Positions 27,997-38,216 of a DNA stretch of 64,000 nt are shown one piece after another (position 1 is the stretch's first letter; every line of letters starts with the position of its first letter). The notes beneath the pieces are model-generated. The model was not told where the DNA came from and ran no database searches. It was given only the letters and a program-made list of their open reading frames with translations. This DNA comes from Bacteroidales bacterium (GTDB taxonomy: Bacteria > Bacteroidota > Bacteroidia > Bacteroidales > UBA10428), in contig JBGSSA010000163.1 in assembly GCA_041737295.1 (NCBI GenBank), forward strand, positions 6,898 to 70,897, written 5' to 3'. A program made the position numbers and the translations under genes.

Positions 27997-28064
27997 GTTT
28001 TTTCTATACCAAATGCCTAAATTTCCTGTTCCGTTGCATGCAAAATTCGTAAAAAAAATGATTA

Positions 28065-29846
28065 ATGAAAACGTTAGGCGGTATTTTTTTACTTCCCTGC
28101 ATTACATTCACCTTCTATTGTGCAGGGCAAAATTCAGGATCCCGGGATAATAAAATCGTACCCTCCCTCGAGGCAGCGAAAACATATTCGCTCATTATCA
28201 CCGAAATTATGGCGGACCCCCATCCTGCGGTGGCATTGCCTGATGCGGAATATCTTGAAATTTATAACCGGGGGCCCCAGCCGGTGTCCCTTTCCGGTTA
28301 CAGGCTCCTGTTTGGCGATAATGAAAAGGTATTGAACTCCGGCAGGGTGGCAGCACCGGGAGAATATATCATTGTTTGCGACGAGAAGGACGAGGTTGCT
28401 TTTAAACCGAGGGGTACCACATTGCCGGTACCCCATATGCCCGCCATTGTCAATACAGGGGCAACGCTTGTTCTTGAATCACCTTCCGGGAACATGATAC
28501 ATTCCGTTTCCTTCACTGACAAATGGTACAGGTCTGCCGGGAAAGCGGGTGGCGGATGGTCTCTTGAAATGATCGATCCTGAAAATCCGTGCGGGCACGC
28601 CGAAAACTGGCGTGAATCGACGGATCCTGCGGGTGGCTCACCGGGACAACCCAATTCCGTGAATGCGAAAAATCCGGATCATGAAAAACCGGAATTGCTG
28701 AGGGCTTCGTTGAATCCGGACAGTTCGGTAGTCCTTTATTTCAGCGAGGACATGGACAGTATTTCCCTAATGGATCCGTTACATTACTATGCCACGTTGG
28801 GGCTGCTCCATCCGTTCAGGACCAACCCCGTGGAACCTGCATTTTCAACTGTACACCTCAACTTTAATGGCAATCTGAACTGTGCCTTTACGTACACTGT
28901 AACGGTCCTGAGCAAGCTGAACGATTGTGCTGGAAATCCATTGCAGGGCAACGCCCAGGCTGATTTTGCCATTCCCGTTAAGGCCGATAGCTTTGATATT
29001 GTCATTAACGAACTGCTCTTTGACACCCCGGCCGGTATGTCCGAATTTATTGAACTTTTCAACAGGTCGGAAAAAGTAATAGACCTGGCCGGATTTTCAA
29101 TAGGTTCCTGCAATGTCAATACCGATAGCCTGGTTAGACTTGCATCATCCGGGGAAAACTCCTTTTTACTCTTTCCGCATCAATATGTGGTTTTTACCAG
29201 GCGCTCTGACCGGTTGCCTGATCCGGAAAACCGGCTTGATTTATCCAATGTGATTGAGTTGCCGTCCCTGTTTACCTTTCCGGATAAGGAAGGCAAAATC
29301 GCCATTTATAATGCTGAAAATCAACCAATGGACGTCTTTTACTATTCTCCATCCATGCATTCGATTTTTATAAAGGATAACGAAGGCATTTCCCTTGAGA
29401 GGATACATGCCGATTTGCCGACAAATGATGTCACCAACTGGTATTCCGCGGCATATGACAAGGGATATTGCACCCCGGGCTTCAAAAATTCCCAGGAAAT
29501 TTCAACCTCAACGGAGAAAGAAAGCATAACGGTATCCCCGTCTGTATTTTCTCCGGATGCAGATGGTGCAGATGACCAGGTATTTCTGACCATATTACCG
29601 GGCGCCCCTGGTTTCACAGGTACAATCCTGATTTACGATTTACAGGGCAAAAAGATGAAGAATTTATGCTCCAATGAGCTGTTAGGGACAGAAACCATCG
29701 TGTCATGGGACGGGAAATGCAATGATAACAGCGATGCTCCGCCCGGTATCTACCTGATCTGCATCGAAATATTCAACCAACAGGGAGCCGTAAAAAAATA
29801 CCGGAAAGTTGTTACGCTGGCACGTGGGCTTTTTATGATTAATTGA
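28065..29846 (+). CDS. Secreted lamin-tail-domain protein with T9SS-type C-terminal domain
   Basis: IITEIMADP..EYLEIYNR and VINELLFD..EFIELFNR (two LTDs); FSPDADGADD...WDG...PGIY tail. Confidence 0.8.
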   Translation: MKTLGGIFLLPCITFTFYCAGQNSGSRDNKIVPSLEAAKTYSLIITEIMADPHPAVALPDAEYLEIYNRGPQPVSLSGYRLLFGDNEKVLNSGRVAAPGEYIIVCDEKDEVAFKPRGTTLPVPHMPAIVNTGATLVLESPSGNMIHSVSFTDKWYRSAGKAGGGWSLEMIDPENPCGHAENWRESTDPAGGSPGQPNSVNAKNPDHEKPELLRASLNPDSSVVLYFSEDMDSISLMDPLHYYATLGLLHPFRTNPVEPAFSTVHLNFNGNLNCAFTYTVTVLSKLNDCAGNPLQGNAQADFAIPVKADSFDIVINELLFDTPAGMSEFIELFNRSEKVIDLAGFSIGSCNVNTDSLVRLASSGENSFLLFPHQYVVFTRRSDRLPDPENRLDLSNVIELPSLFTFPDKEGKIAIYNAENQPMDVFYYSPSMHSIFIKDNEGISLERIHADLPTNDVTNWYSAAYDKGYCTPGFKNSQEISTSTEKESITVSPSVFSPDADGADDQVFLTILPGAPGFTGTILIYDLQGKKMKNLCSNELLGTETIVSWDGKCNDNSDAPPGIYLICIEIFNQQGAVKKYRKVVTLARGLFMIN

Positions 29847-29879
29847 TTAATTTCATGCCCTACAAATTTTACGGAACAC

Positions 29880-30407
29880 ATGATCATTAAAAAAGAATAC
29901 CAGGAAAAATCCCTATTGCTATACCAGGGTACACTTACTGTTAATCTTATCTCCATACTAAGCAATCATATCCGCTTGCTGCTCAATCATGATTTCAAGG
30001 CCCTGCAGAAAATTTTCAAGATTTTTATTGAATTGTCCCAGAATGTCTCCTATTATTCAGCTGATTCATTTGAAGTAAATACCGGCGTATTTTGCGGGAT
30101 AGGCTGGGTTTCCGTCCAGGATCTCGATGAATGCTACCGTATTACCACCGGCAATATCATCAGGCCAGCGGACGCAGATACATTGACCAAGTATTGCCAG
30201 GAGATCAATTCAATGTCTGAGGAACAACTGAGAAAATTAAAAAGGGAAATCCGTTCAGAAGCGCTGGCAAGAGAGACAGGCGCTCATATCGGGCTCATCC
30301 AGACGAGCATTATCAGCGGAAATAATCTTGAATTCCATTTTGACCGGGAGGATGAGACCAAACCGGCTTTCATTTTATCCGCCATAATCAACAAAGAACC
30401 TGTATAA
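29880..30407 (+). CDS. Second, orphan SiaB-family protein
   Basis: LLYQGTLT, FIELSQNVSYYS, ITTGN, QLRKLKREI, GAHIGLI align by eye with the 8949 protein. Confidence 0.75.
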   Translation: MIIKKEYQEKSLLLYQGTLTVNLISILSNHIRLLLNHDFKALQKIFKIFIELSQNVSYYSADSFEVNTGVFCGIGWVSVQDLDECYRITTGNIIRPADADTLTKYCQEINSMSEEQLRKLKREIRSEALARETGAHIGLIQTSIISGNNLEFHFDREDETKPAFILSAIINKEPV

Positions 30408-30435
30408 CAGGGCAGAAGTTTGGTTGGCCGGTCTG

Positions 30436-31176
30436 TCAGGTAATTTTTGCAGTAAGGAATTCGCGGTTCAACCGGGCGATATGGGACAGGGATATCTGTT
30501 TCGGACATTCAGCCTCGCAAGCCCCTGTATTCGTGCAATTTCCAAAGCCTAATTCATCCATTTTAGCTACCATTTTAAGTACCCTTTCTTTGGCCTCAAC
30601 CCTACCCTGCGGAAGGACGGCAAACTGGGATACCTTGGCGGCCACAAAAAGCATTGCGGATGCATTTTTGCAGGCGGCAACACATGCACCGCAACCAATG
30701 CAGGCTGCAGCATCCATTGAAGTTTCGGCACTATGCCTGGGAACAGGAATGCTGTTTGCGTCGGGAACACCCCCCGTATTCACAGAAACATATCCTCCTG
30801 CCTGAATGATCCTGTCAAAAGCAGAACGGTCAACCACAAGGTCCTTGATAATGGGAAAAGGCTTTGCCCGCCAGGGTTCCACAATAATTGTATCTCCATC
30901 TTTAAATTTCCGCATATGCAGCTGGCAGGTGGTAACCGCTGTGTCGGGCCCGTGGGGGCGGCCATTAATATACAATCCACAGGCACCACATATACCTTCC
31001 CGGCAGTCATGATCGAAACAAACCGGTTTATCAAGTTTATTGACCAACTGGTTATTAAGGATATCCAGCATTTCAAGAAAAGAACAGTCAGCTGAAATTC
31101 CGGTTACCTGGTATTTTTCAAACCTGCCTTTTGTCCTGGCATTTTCCTGCCTCCAAATCTTCAACGTAAAATTCAT
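30436..31176 (-). CDS. sdhB: Succinate dehydrogenase/fumarate reductase iron-sulfur subunit
   Basis: [32 protein letters not shown]. Confidence 0.95.
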   Translation of the reverse strand: MNFTLKIWRQENARTKGRFEKYQVTGISADCSFLEMLDILNNQLVNKLDKPVCFDHDCREGICGACGLYINGRPHGPDTAVTTCQLHMRKFKDGDTIIVEPWRAKPFPIIKDLVVDRSAFDRIIQAGGYVSVNTGGVPDANSIPVPRHSAETSMDAAACIGCGACVAACKNASAMLFVAAKVSQFAVLPQGRVEAKERVLKMVAKMDELGFGNCTNTGACEAECPKQISLSHIARLNREFLTAKIT

Positions 31177-31180
31177 AACC

Positions 31181-33136
31181 CTATATTTTATAATTGCGGG
31201 ACTGTACTTTTATGCTTTCATAGACCAGCGGTTCCTTATGAAGAACCGGTTCCCGGGTACCGTCTGTATACTGCCAGGCAGCCACGAACATATAATCATC
31301 ATCATTTCTTTTGGCTTCTCCTTCTTCTGTCTGATATTCTTCCCTGAAATGGCCGCCGCAGGATTCTTCCCGCTGCAGGGCATCCCTTGCCATGAGTTCA
31401 CCCATTTCAATAAAATCAGCCACGCGCCCAGCTTTTTCGAGCTCAGGATTCATCTCGTCCGCACCACCCGGTATCCGTGCATCAGACCAGAATTCAGCCT
31501 TCAGGCGGCCGAAGTCGAGGATTGCTTTTTCAAGGCCGCTCTTATTCCTGGCCATGCCAACCGTATCCCAGAGGAGCAGGCCAAATTTCCGGTGCAACAC
31601 ATCCACAGGCTGTGTACCTTTGATTTGCATAAGTTTGCTGATCCGCTCATGAACGTTATTTTCAGCTTCCTCAAATTCAGGGAGGGTAACCGGCACCCGG
31701 GGGGTCATGATTTCGGCGGCGAGGTAATTCTGGATTGTATACGGCAGTATAAAATATCCGTCCGCCAGACCCTGCATCAATGCCGAAGCACCCAGACGGT
31801 TTGCCCCATGATCCGAAAAATTGCATTCCCCGATAGAAAACAATCCCGGAATATTGGTCATGAGTTCGTAATCAACCCATGTACCGCCCATACAATAATG
31901 AATGGCCGGATAGATCATCATGGGTGTTTTATACGGATCATCATCCACTATTTTTTCATACATCTGGAAAAGGTTGCCATACCGTTCTTCGATCACATGT
32001 TTTCCAAGCCGCCCGATTGATTCCGCGAAATCGAGGTACACGGCCAACCCGCTGCCCACACCAAATCCGGCATCACATCTTTCTTTTGCCGCACGTGAAG
32101 CAACATCCCTGGGAACCAGGTTCCCAAATGCGGGATAACGCCGTTCAAGGTAATAGTCACGATCCTGTTCCGGGATGTCAGCCGGTTTTTTGGTCCCTTT
32201 CCGGAGTACTTCCACATCCTCTTTTTTTGCCGGTACCCATATACGGCCATCATTACGGAGGCTTTCACTCATCAGCGTAAGCTTCGATTGGTAATCACCG
32301 TGAACGGGGATACAGGTCGGATGGATCTGCACAAAGGATGGATTGGCAATGAGTGCGCCTTTTTTATAGGCCTGCCAGATTGCGCTTCCGTTTGAACCCA
32401 TGGCATTCGTTGAAAGAAAAAAGGCCCTGCCATAACCACCGGTTGCAATGACTACCGCGTGACTGAAATGTCTTTCAATTTTTCCGGTCACAAGGTTCCG
32501 TACGATGATTCCTCTGGCCTTGCCCTCAATAATCACAACATCCAGCATCTCCGTTCGGGGAAAGATCTTCACAGTCCCTAATTCCGCCTGGCGCATAAGG
32601 GCGCTGTAAGCACCCAGCAATAACTGCTGCCCGGTCTGTCCACGGGCATAAAATGTACGCGACACCTGGGCACCGCCAAATGACCGGTTATCAAGCAGTC
32701 CACCGTATTCCCTTGCAAAGGGAACGCCCTGTGCAACACACTGGTCGATAATACTGCCGCTTACTTCGGCAAGACGGTACACATTGGCTTCCCTGGCCCG
32801 GTAATCCCCCCCTTTTATCGTATCGTAAAAAAGTCTGTATACACTATCTCCGTCATTCGGATAATTCTTGGCGGCGTTTATTCCCCCCTGTGCAGCAATA
32901 CTGTGTGCCCTGCGCGGGCTGTCCTGGTAACAGAAGGCCTTTACGTTAAACCCAAGTTCCCCAAGACTGGCGGCTGCCGAAGCCCCGGCAAGTCCGGTTC
33001 CTACGACAATAATATCCAGTTTTCGCTTGTTAGCCGGGTTTACCAGCTTTTGCGTGGCCTTATAGTTCGTCCATTTCTGAGCCAGGGGGCCTTCCGGAAT
33101 ACGGGGATTCAGCTTTGTCATATCAGTGTAATTCAT
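31181..33136 (-). CDS. sdhA: Succinate dehydrogenase/fumarate reductase flavoprotein subunit
   Basis: [34 protein letters not shown]. Confidence 0.96.
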   Translation of the reverse strand: MNYTDMTKLNPRIPEGPLAQKWTNYKATQKLVNPANKRKLDIIVVGTGLAGASAAASLGELGFNVKAFCYQDSPRRAHSIAAQGGINAAKNYPNDGDSVYRLFYDTIKGGDYRAREANVYRLAEVSGSIIDQCVAQGVPFAREYGGLLDNRSFGGAQVSRTFYARGQTGQQLLLGAYSALMRQAELGTVKIFPRTEMLDVVIIEGKARGIIVRNLVTGKIERHFSHAVVIATGGYGRAFFLSTNAMGSNGSAIWQAYKKGALIANPSFVQIHPTCIPVHGDYQSKLTLMSESLRNDGRIWVPAKKEDVEVLRKGTKKPADIPEQDRDYYLERRYPAFGNLVPRDVASRAAKERCDAGFGVGSGLAVYLDFAESIGRLGKHVIEERYGNLFQMYEKIVDDDPYKTPMMIYPAIHYCMGGTWVDYELMTNIPGLFSIGECNFSDHGANRLGASALMQGLADGYFILPYTIQNYLAAEIMTPRVPVTLPEFEEAENNVHERISKLMQIKGTQPVDVLHRKFGLLLWDTVGMARNKSGLEKAILDFGRLKAEFWSDARIPGGADEMNPELEKAGRVADFIEMGELMARDALQREESCGGHFREEYQTEEGEAKRNDDDYMFVAAWQYTDGTREPVLHKEPLVYESIKVQSRNYKI

Positions 33137-33140
33137 TTTC

Positions 33141-33812
33141 TCACATCCAGAAATAAATGTAAATCGGTATATATATAAATCCTCCCGTGATTACAATGGT
33201 GTAAAATATACCCAGTGCCTTGATCAGCGGTGTGTAACGCCAGTGGTCCAATCCTAGCGTCTGAAAGGCTGACCAGAACCCGTGAATGAGGTGAAATCCC
33301 AAAAACAGGAAACAGGCAATATTAAAAATGACATATCCGGGGATCTTGAATTTCTCAAGAACCAGGATACCCAGATCATGATATTCCGTTCCTCCATAAA
33401 CAACCTGGGGTACATTGCCAAAAACCTTCGCCTTAAAATAAAAATCGATAAGATGGATCACAAGAAATACGGTTATGATCGCTGCCGTATGGATCATGAA
33501 TTTCGAAAAAAAGGAAGTCTGGGAAAAATTTTCCTTTAAATACCTTGTTGGACGGGCAAACCAGTTTTGCATCTGAATAATAGTCCCATAAATCATATGA
33601 AGCAAAAAGCCTCCAAACAAGACTATTTCCATGATTTTCAGAATAATATTACTGCTCATGAAATGGGCCGATTTGTTAAATATTTCCCGGCTGTCGGAAA
33701 AAACCAGGGTCAGATTGACAGCCAGGTGAACAGCCAGAAAGGCGATCAGGAACAGTCCGGCCAGGGACATCATTAATTTTTTTCCTATTGAAGATACGAA
33801 GATGTTATTCAT
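33141..33812 (-). CDS. sdhC: Succinate dehydrogenase/fumarate reductase cytochrome b subunit
   Basis: [13 protein letters not shown], His-bearing TM helices, [11 protein letters not shown]; first gene of the operon. Confidence 0.93.
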   Translation of the reverse strand: MNNIFVSSIGKKLMMSLAGLFLIAFLAVHLAVNLTLVFSDSREIFNKSAHFMSSNIILKIMEIVLFGGFLLHMIYGTIIQMQNWFARPTRYLKENFSQTSFFSKFMIHTAAIITVFLVIHLIDFYFKAKVFGNVPQVVYGGTEYHDLGILVLEKFKIPGYVIFNIACFLFLGFHLIHGFWSAFQTLGLDHWRYTPLIKALGIFYTIVITGGFIYIPIYIYFWM

Positions 33813-33864
33813 ATTACCTCGTTTATTGAATTGCAGGTCGAAATATACGCCATAAATGTGACAG

Positions 33865-33872
33865 CAAAGTTA
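33865..33872 (-). promoter_or_regulatory. Bacteroidota -7 element for the sdhCAB operon
   Basis: TAACTTTG on minus strand. Confidence 0.55.
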
Positions 33873-33965
33873 TTGGTTTAGCTTAATTTTATCAAATCAC
33901 GCTTGCTAAGTTGGCCTTTTTAGTAAATTAAAACAAATGCGTTGATTTTAATTTAATTAGTTATT

Positions 33966-35264
33966 ATGAAGACAATCCATATCTCCCCTTCCTTTTTCGC
34001 CAGGAACAGGCAGCGGTTAACACTTTCCCTGAAAAGTAATTCGCTGGCCATTGTTCATTCAAACGATGAAATGAATCGTACCGCAGATCAGTATTTTCCT
34101 TTCCGTCAGCACTCTGATCTGTTTTACCTGACGGGTATCAACCAGGAAAAGACTACCCTTTTGATGGCTCCTGCAATTGAGGATGAGTCCCTTAGGGAGA
34201 TCCTGGTTATCCGGCGGTCAAATCCGAAACTTGAAACATGGGAAGGTCATAAGCTTACCCGGGAGGAAGCAGGTTTGATTTCCGGAATTAAAAATGTCAA
34301 ATTTGAAGATGAGATAGAATCGCTGCTGGCCCCCATCATGATGCAGGCTGAACATGTGTACCTCAATCTTCCTGAATACCTCAAATTTATACCCGAATTA
34401 CCCGGGAGAGACCACCGTAAGGGAGAGGAACTCATGAAGAAATTCCCGGCACATAAATATGAACGGCTGGCACCTCTTATGCAGGATCTGAGAGTTACCA
34501 AATCGGAAGAAGAAATCGGTCTCATCAGCCAGGCCTGTGACATCACGAGGAAAGCGTTTCTGAATACGCTTCAGACACTAAAACCGGGAATGATGGAATA
34601 TGAGGTTGAAGCCCTGATTACCCGCGATTTCATCAGGGAAGGCGCCAGGGGACATGCCTATCAGCCCATAATAGCCTCCGGATCAAATGCCTGCGTCCTG
34701 CATTATATTGATAACAACGACACCTGTTCGGATGGTGAACTCCTGTTGATGGATTTTGGAGCAGAAATTGGAAATTATGCCGCAGATTGTACACGCACAA
34801 TTCCTGTCAATGGCCTTTTTACGGCAAGGCAGAAGGATCTGTACAAATCCGTACTTGAGGTTTTTAAATTCGCCCGTTCCCTGATGGTTCCCGGAAGTAC
34901 GATAAATAAAGTACACCAGGAAGTGTGCCGGAAATTTGAAAAGGAACACATCCGCCTTGGGCTTTTTACACAAGAGGCTGTTGAAGCGCAGGATAGGGAA
35001 AATCCATTGTGGCAGCAGTATTATATGCATGGAACCTCTCATTTCCTGGGACTGGATGTTCATGATGTAGGAAGCAAGGACCAGGAATTCAGGCCCGGCA
35101 TGGTACTAACCTGTGAACCCGGGATCTACCTGCCCGGAGAACAAACCGGGATACGGCTTGAAAACAATATCCTTATTACCCGTGAGGGCAATGTGGACCT
35201 GATGAAGGATATTCCTATTGAACCGGATGAAATAGAGGAATTGATGAGAAGGAGTAGGGAGTAA
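33966..35264 (+). CDS. Xaa-Pro aminopeptidase (M24B), paralogue 1
   Basis: FRQHSDLFYLTG, DFGAE...ADCTRT, HGTSHFLGLDVHD, TCEPGIY, GIRLE. Confidence 0.92.
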   Translation: MKTIHISPSFFARNRQRLTLSLKSNSLAIVHSNDEMNRTADQYFPFRQHSDLFYLTGINQEKTTLLMAPAIEDESLREILVIRRSNPKLETWEGHKLTREEAGLISGIKNVKFEDEIESLLAPIMMQAEHVYLNLPEYLKFIPELPGRDHRKGEELMKKFPAHKYERLAPLMQDLRVTKSEEEIGLISQACDITRKAFLNTLQTLKPGMMEYEVEALITRDFIREGARGHAYQPIIASGSNACVLHYIDNNDTCSDGELLLMDFGAEIGNYAADCTRTIPVNGLFTARQKDLYKSVLEVFKFARSLMVPGSTINKVHQEVCRKFEKEHIRLGLFTQEAVEAQDRENPLWQQYYMHGTSHFLGLDVHDVGSKDQEFRPGMVLTCEPGIYLPGEQTGIRLENNILITREGNVDLMKDIPIEPDEIEELMRRSRE

Positions 35265-35285
35265 GGAGTAAGGAGTAGGGAGTAA
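35250..35285 (+). repeat. Heptamer GGAGTA(G/A), about 5 copies, containing the peptidase stop codon
   Basis: ggagtag ggagtaa ggagtaa ggagtag ggagtaa. Confidence 0.9.
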
Positions 35286-35458
35286 CCCCAAAAACAAATA
35301 GTGGAACGGGAAATGCGAGCAAGTCGTGCATCAATCTGAGAAATCTCAGAAAATCTGCGAGAAAAAAGCCCCGCAACCTCAACTCTAATTAGTGTGATAC
35401 GAGTAAGATCCATTCAATCAGTCCTTTAAAATCCAGTTATATAAGAGTAGGGAGAAAT

Positions 35459-35830
35459 TTAACTGCAAAATTTCTCCGGGTGATTTATCATGGAGATTAG
35501 CATTTTACGGATTTCACTATATTTTGAAAAGAGCAAATCATGTGTCTGTAAATCAATATATTTCATGTCTCGCGACATATTAAGCCAAACTTCTGTTTCA
35601 AATTCTTCCGCCAGAGCGTCCGATATTTTATTTACAAAGGCTTTGAGATATAATCTTTTTGCCCAGGATTCTGCAATATTGGCTGGGATTGAACGGGAGG
35701 ACCTTCTAATTTGGTCAGTTAATGCATATTTTTCTTCTTTGGGGAAGAATCTCGATAATTCATTTATTTCCATAGAAAGCAAATAGGCTTTCTGATAGAC
35801 AATTAAGTCTCTGAATCCCTGCATTTCCAT
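35459..35830 (-). CDS. Four helix bundle protein (23S rRNA IVS/TIGR02436-like family)
   Basis: FRDLIVYQKA, FPKEEKYALTDQIRRSSRSIPANIAE, ETEVWL; ATG 35830 preferred. Confidence 0.92.
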   Translation of the reverse strand: MEMQGFRDLIVYQKAYLLSMEINELSRFFPKEEKYALTDQIRRSSRSIPANIAESWAKRLYLKAFVNKISDALAEEFETEVWLNMSRDMKYIDLQTHDLLFSKYSEIRKMLISMINHPEKFCS

Positions 35831-35875
35831 TGTGATATATATTAGGCCTAACTTTTTGACTCCCACCAAATGGCA

Positions 35876-35972
35876 CCTCACTCCTCACTCCCTACTCCCT
35901 ACTCCCTACTCCTTACTCCCTACTCCCTACTCCCTACTCCTCACTCCCTACTCCCTACTCCCTACTCCTTAC
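35876..35972 (-). repeat. Heptamer array, about 14 copies (GGAGTAG on minus strand), containing the stop of peptidase paralogue 2
   Basis: (c/t)tactcc and tcactcc units repeated; reverse complement of the 35250 array. Confidence 0.95.
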
Positions 35973-37359
35973 CCCCCACCGCCTTCTCCACTTCAGCCGC
36001 TTCCTTCGCTATCGGCTTTCCGATAACCTTATATCCCTTCGCAGTAACGAGAATATTGTCTTCAATGCGAATACCGCCGAAGCCCCGGAATTTTCCGACC
36101 GCATCATAATTGATGAAATCCCTGTAGCGGCCTTCGTTGCGCCACTTGTCCATCAGTTGTGATATAAAATAGATACCCGGTTCAACCGTTACGGTAAATC
36201 CTTCCTGCAATCGCCTAGCCATCCGCAGATAGGCTGTGCCAAAGTGGTCAGAACGCTTGAATTCGTTGTCATATCCTACATAATCTTCACCTACGTCTTC
36301 CATATCATGCACATCCAGCCCAATCATATGGCCTATTCCATGCGGGAAAAAGAGTGCATGGGCACCATTTTGCACGGCCTCACCCGTATCGCCTTTCATC
36401 AATCCCATATCTTTTAAACCTGAAGCGATTACACGTGCGGCGGTCATGTGAACCTCAACAAACGGTTTTCCAGGCTTGATTGCCTGGATGGCTTCAGTCT
36501 GTGCTTTCAATACAATGTTGTAAATATCTTTTTGCTGCACGGATAACTTACCTCCTACAGGATATGTCCGTGTAATATCGGTTGCATAATGCATGGGGGA
36601 TTCGGCCCCGGCATCAATGATTAGCAGATCCCCTTTTTTCAGTTCATTTCCATAAAAGTGATTGTGCAGGGTTTCTCCCCTTACTGAACAGATAATCGGA
36701 TAAGCCATCCTGCAGTTTTTTGACAGGATGGAACCTTCCAGTGCCCCGGAAACATTGTACTCAAAAGAGCCGGGCCTGATCTGTCGGATGGCTTGCAGAT
36801 ACGCATCGCGGGTGATGTCAGACATGGTGGATTCCATTTCCCCGATCTCATGCGCATCCTTTACCGAACGCTGGGCAACAACAGCCTTGATCAGGGCAAC
36901 CGAAGCATTCCTGTCAACTTCCTCATACTTCAGGTTATCATAGTATGCAAGTTGTAATCGTCTTTGTTCCCGGTAAGGGGGAAGATAATGAACCTCGCGG
37001 TTATGTGCAATTACCCTGAACACATCCCCATCCAGCTTTTCTATCGCTTTAATCTGCTTGATCCCGCTCTTGAGTGCCTTCTCCAGGAGGGGCTCCTGGT
37101 TCCCTATCCAGATAATATCCTCCAGCGTCGGATCGGTGCCATAAATTGTCTCTTCCCCGGATTCTGCGTCGATCATGCCCGCAATATCAGGTATGTCGAG
37201 ACCAAAATAATACAGGAATGAACTATCCTGGCGAAACGGATAACTATTGGCTTTATAATTCATCGATACTTCCTTGTTGCCGAGAAAAAGAATGACTCCT
37301 TTACCGACTAGCTCCTTCAGGCGCTTTCTTCTTTGTATATAAACTTCTGCGGGAAACAT
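35962..37359 (-). CDS. Xaa-Pro aminopeptidase (M24B), paralogue 2
   Basis: FRQDSSFLYYFG, DAGAE...TDITRT, HGIGHMIGLDVHD, TVEPGIY, GIRIED. Confidence 0.92.
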   Translation of the reverse strand: MFPAEVYIQRRKRLKELVGKGVILFLGNKEVSMNYKANSYPFRQDSSFLYYFGLDIPDIAGMIDAESGEETIYGTDPTLEDIIWIGNQEPLLEKALKSGIKQIKAIEKLDGDVFRVIAHNREVHYLPPYREQRRLQLAYYDNLKYEEVDRNASVALIKAVVAQRSVKDAHEIGEMESTMSDITRDAYLQAIRQIRPGSFEYNVSGALEGSILSKNCRMAYPIICSVRGETLHNHFYGNELKKGDLLIIDAGAESPMHYATDITRTYPVGGKLSVQQKDIYNIVLKAQTEAIQAIKPGKPFVEVHMTAARVIASGLKDMGLMKGDTGEAVQNGAHALFFPHGIGHMIGLDVHDMEDVGEDYVGYDNEFKRSDHFGTAYLRMARRLQEGFTVTVEPGIYFISQLMDKWRNEGRYRDFINYDAVGKFRGFGGIRIEDNILVTAKGYKVIGKPIAKEAAEVEKAVGGKE

Positions 37360-37496
37360 GGCTAAACGTTTTTGAATGAACATTAAAATTAATCGCTATT
37401 TTCATTTTAAACCAACAAATTCAACAATAATTAAAAACCCTCTATTCAGTTTATGCGTATAAAAAATATCTTCGTTCACAGACCATTGAAAAATCC

Positions 37497-38216
37497 ATGC
37501 CATACAGGAGATTACCCAATACTGACTTGGCCCGCCTGAGAGCCCTCAGAATTGCCTTTGAAAAGGGAAAAGAATTGCCACCCTTTCAGTTGGCCTTCTC
37601 GCAGTCCACCCTGCAGAAGATACAATCGAATCTCCATATTTTTGAGGCAGCTGTTCAGGAAAGCAGGCAGGCTTATAATATACAGATTTTAAAAAGCCAG
37701 GAATATATCAAACTCCTCAAAAAGGTAAAACTGTATATGTCCCATTTTGTTCAGGTTACCAATATGGCCATCATCCGTGGAGACCTCAACGCATCCGATT
37801 GCAATTATTTTGGATTTACCCATGGACACAAGGTTCCCTCTTTTAATTCAGAAAAAGAGGTAATTGCATGGGGTGAAAAACTTATCCAGGGTGAGACCCT
37901 CAGGATTAAAAACAGGCTGACCCCGGTTGTAAATCCATCCATTGCCGTAGTCAAAGTATGGTATGAAAAATTTGTCGATGCAAACCTTTTTCAAAAAAAT
38001 CTGCAGAAAAACCTTCAGCGAAGCCAGAAAAATCTGATCGGATTAAGGAAACTCGTTGATGGCATTATTTCACAGATCTGGAATGAGGTAGAACTGTATT
38101 ACCAGGATCAGCCCGATGAAGTTAAACGGAATAACAGCAAGATTTACGGGATTGTTTACTTCTACAGAAAGAACGAGCTTCCCGCCAGTAACCTGTCAAA
38201 AAATCTTTTGGGATAA
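37497..38216 (+). CDS. Conserved hypothetical helical protein
   Basis: 239-aa ORF starting MPYRRLPNTDLARL; fills the gap between known genes. Confidence 0.7.
   Translation: MPYRRLPNTDLARLRALRIAFEKGKELPPFQLAFSQSTLQKIQSNLHIFEAAVQESRQAYNIQILKSQEYIKLLKKVKLYMSHFVQVTNMAIIRGDLNASDCNYFGFTHGHKVPSFNSEKEVIAWGEKLIQGETLRIKNRLTPVVNPSIAVVKVWYEKFVDANLFQKNLQKNLQRSQKNLIGLRKLVDGIISQIWNEVELYYQDQPDEVKRNNSKIYGIVYFYRKNELPASNLSKNLLG

Noticed and set aside
31040-32020. 326-aa plus-strand ORF
   Set aside because: Antisense shadow of sdhA/sdhB with no recognisable motifs.
35459-35830. Diversity-generating retroelement (Avd-like gene)
   Set aside because: No reverse transcriptase and no TR/VR pair seen in the window.
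35832-36109. ORFs with LLPTPYS repeats
   Set aside because: Translation artefacts of the heptamer array; they overlap real genes on the opposite strand.
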